Source: Nitrososphaerota archaeon | GTDB taxonomy: Archaea; Thermoproteota; Nitrososphaeria_A; Caldarchaeales; Calditenuaceae | DNA length: 32,000 nucleotides | Reading direction: 5' to 3' | Assembly: GCA_038741355.1 (NCBI GenBank) | Contig: JAVYLC010000004.1 | Coordinates: forward strand, 23,222 to 55,221 | Shown here: positions 31,326 through 32,000 of the stretch, piece by piece | How positions within the stretch are numbered: the first letter of the stretch is position 1 | Layout: each line of letters starts with the position of its first letter | Program-made: the position numbers and the translations under genes | The notes under the pieces: generated by a model | Database searches by the model: none | Told to the model about the DNA's origin: nothing | What the model saw: the letters and a program-made list of their open reading frames with translations, nothing else

Positions 31326-31762
31326 ATGCGCCTACGCCTAGAATTAGGCGAGGAGATAGTAGTGGGAAATTTTGAAGAGGGTCTAAGATGGCTTGACCAA
31401 GCTAAGGCCGATATGAAGACAGCTAAAGACTGCTTGGAAACAGAAAACTACTATGCGTCTGCATACTTCGCACAGCAAGCCGCTGAGAAGGCTCTAAAGG
31501 GCTACTATATCTAAAAGGTTATAGGGCGATTATCACACACTCTGTCATAGAGCTACTTGAAGAAGCCTCAAAATTCGACGAGGGTTTCAGGAGGCTTATG
31601 GATTATGGGAGAGAGCTGGACAGGCATTACATTGCTTCGCAGTACCCAAATTTCTACCCCTCGGGCGCCCCATACAAGTATTATACTAGAGAGGTGGCCT
31701 CAATATGCTTAAGCTACGCAGAATCGATGTTGAAAGAAGTGGAGAAATTTTTTCAAAGATAG
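31326..31762 (+). pseudogene. HEPN-domain protein (MNT-HEPN family) with a 1-nt frameshift
   Basis: Frame A reads MRLRLELGEEIVVGNFEEGLRWLDQAKADMKTAKDCLETENYYASAYFAQQAAEKALKGYYI*. The family-typical continuation GLLYLKGYRAIITHSVIELLEEA..ELDRHYIASQYPN..YTREVASICLSYAESMLKEVEKFFQR* lies in the -1 frame from about 31499. AGGTG lies 6 nt before ATG 31326. Confidence 0.65.
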
Positions 31763-32000
31763 AGAAATATAAGCAGATCCTCGTTCAAGAAATAAAACCA
31801 GATCTGATAATGCTTTTCGGCTCACTCGCTCGAATGGATTTCAATGAAGGTTCAGACGTAGATTTGCTAGTTGTCGCAGATTTTGAGGAGGCATTCCTTG
31901 ATAGAATTAAACGGTTGTTAGAACTCAACGAAGAAGTAAAGCTGCCACTTGAATCTGTAGGATATACCTTAGAAGAATTCCTGGAAATGCTGAGGAAAGG
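31705..32000 (+). CDS. minimal nucleotidyltransferase (MNT), partial at the right edge
   Basis: Absent from the track because it is open-ended. MLKLRRIDVERSGEIFSKIEKYKQILVQEIKPDLIMLFGSLARMDFNEGSDVDLLVVADFEE.. carries the GS-x(n)-DxD NTase motif. It overlaps the HEPN 3' end. Confidence 0.7.
   Translation, partial: MLKLRRIDVERSGEIFSKIEKYKQILVQEIKPDLIMLFGSLARMDFNEGSDVDLLVVADFEEAFLDRIKRLLELNEEVKLPLESVGYTLEEFLEMLRK

Noticed and set aside
1-32000. CRISPR arrays, rRNA genes
   Set aside because: I found no series of regularly spaced direct repeats and no rRNA-like conserved stretches on either strand.

Overview
This 32-kb window looks like a crenarchaeal (Thermoprotei-type) chromosome segment. The signs are A/T-rich TATA-like boxes about 25-30 nt upstream of start codons (often leaderless, often TTG/GTG), AGG/AGA/ATA-rich codon usage, and intron-containing tRNAs, one with an intron at a non-canonical D-arm position. 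It also carries an Hjc-type nuclease, an ADP-forming acetyl-CoA synthetase and a 2-oxoacid:ferredoxin oxidoreductase. The left third (1-14.2 kb) is core energy metabolism. It holds CuA-less heme-copper (quinol-type) oxidase subunits II and I, a fused ACS(ADP), a porGD-porA-porB-type operon, a GPH/MFS symporter and a V4R-like protein. It also holds an apparently intact IS6-family IS (674 bp, perfect 18-bp IRs), a group II PLP decarboxylase, and a Tat-exported flavoprotein coupled to a DOMON-like/cytochrome b membrane protein. The middle (about 14.5-24.6 kb) looks like an accessory, decaying island. It starts at an orphan tRNA 5' fragment and ends at an intron-containing tRNA-Arg(TCT). It contains an Hjc-like nuclease plus SWIM/Hef-like SF2 helicase operon, orphan genes and a degraded SMC/Rad50-like ATPase module. 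It also contains an intact RHH-PIN (vapBC-like) cassette bracketed by two inverted decayed copies of the same IS, AbrB and coiled-coil debris, an SSV-type Int(N)-like remnant and a PIN pseudogene. The right third holds a CUT1-type sugar ABC importer (SBP plus 2 permeases, no ATPase) convergent with a GH38 alpha-mannosidase, and a tRNA-Ser(CGA) with a canonical-position intron. A second Int(N)-like stub reads into that tRNA, and a HEPN (frameshifted)/MNT pair runs off the right edge. I saw no rRNA and no CRISPR array. Most 60-130 aa ORFs in the track are antisense or alternate-frame shadows of the large genes. All domain calls are by-eye motif recognition and need HMM or structure confirmation.
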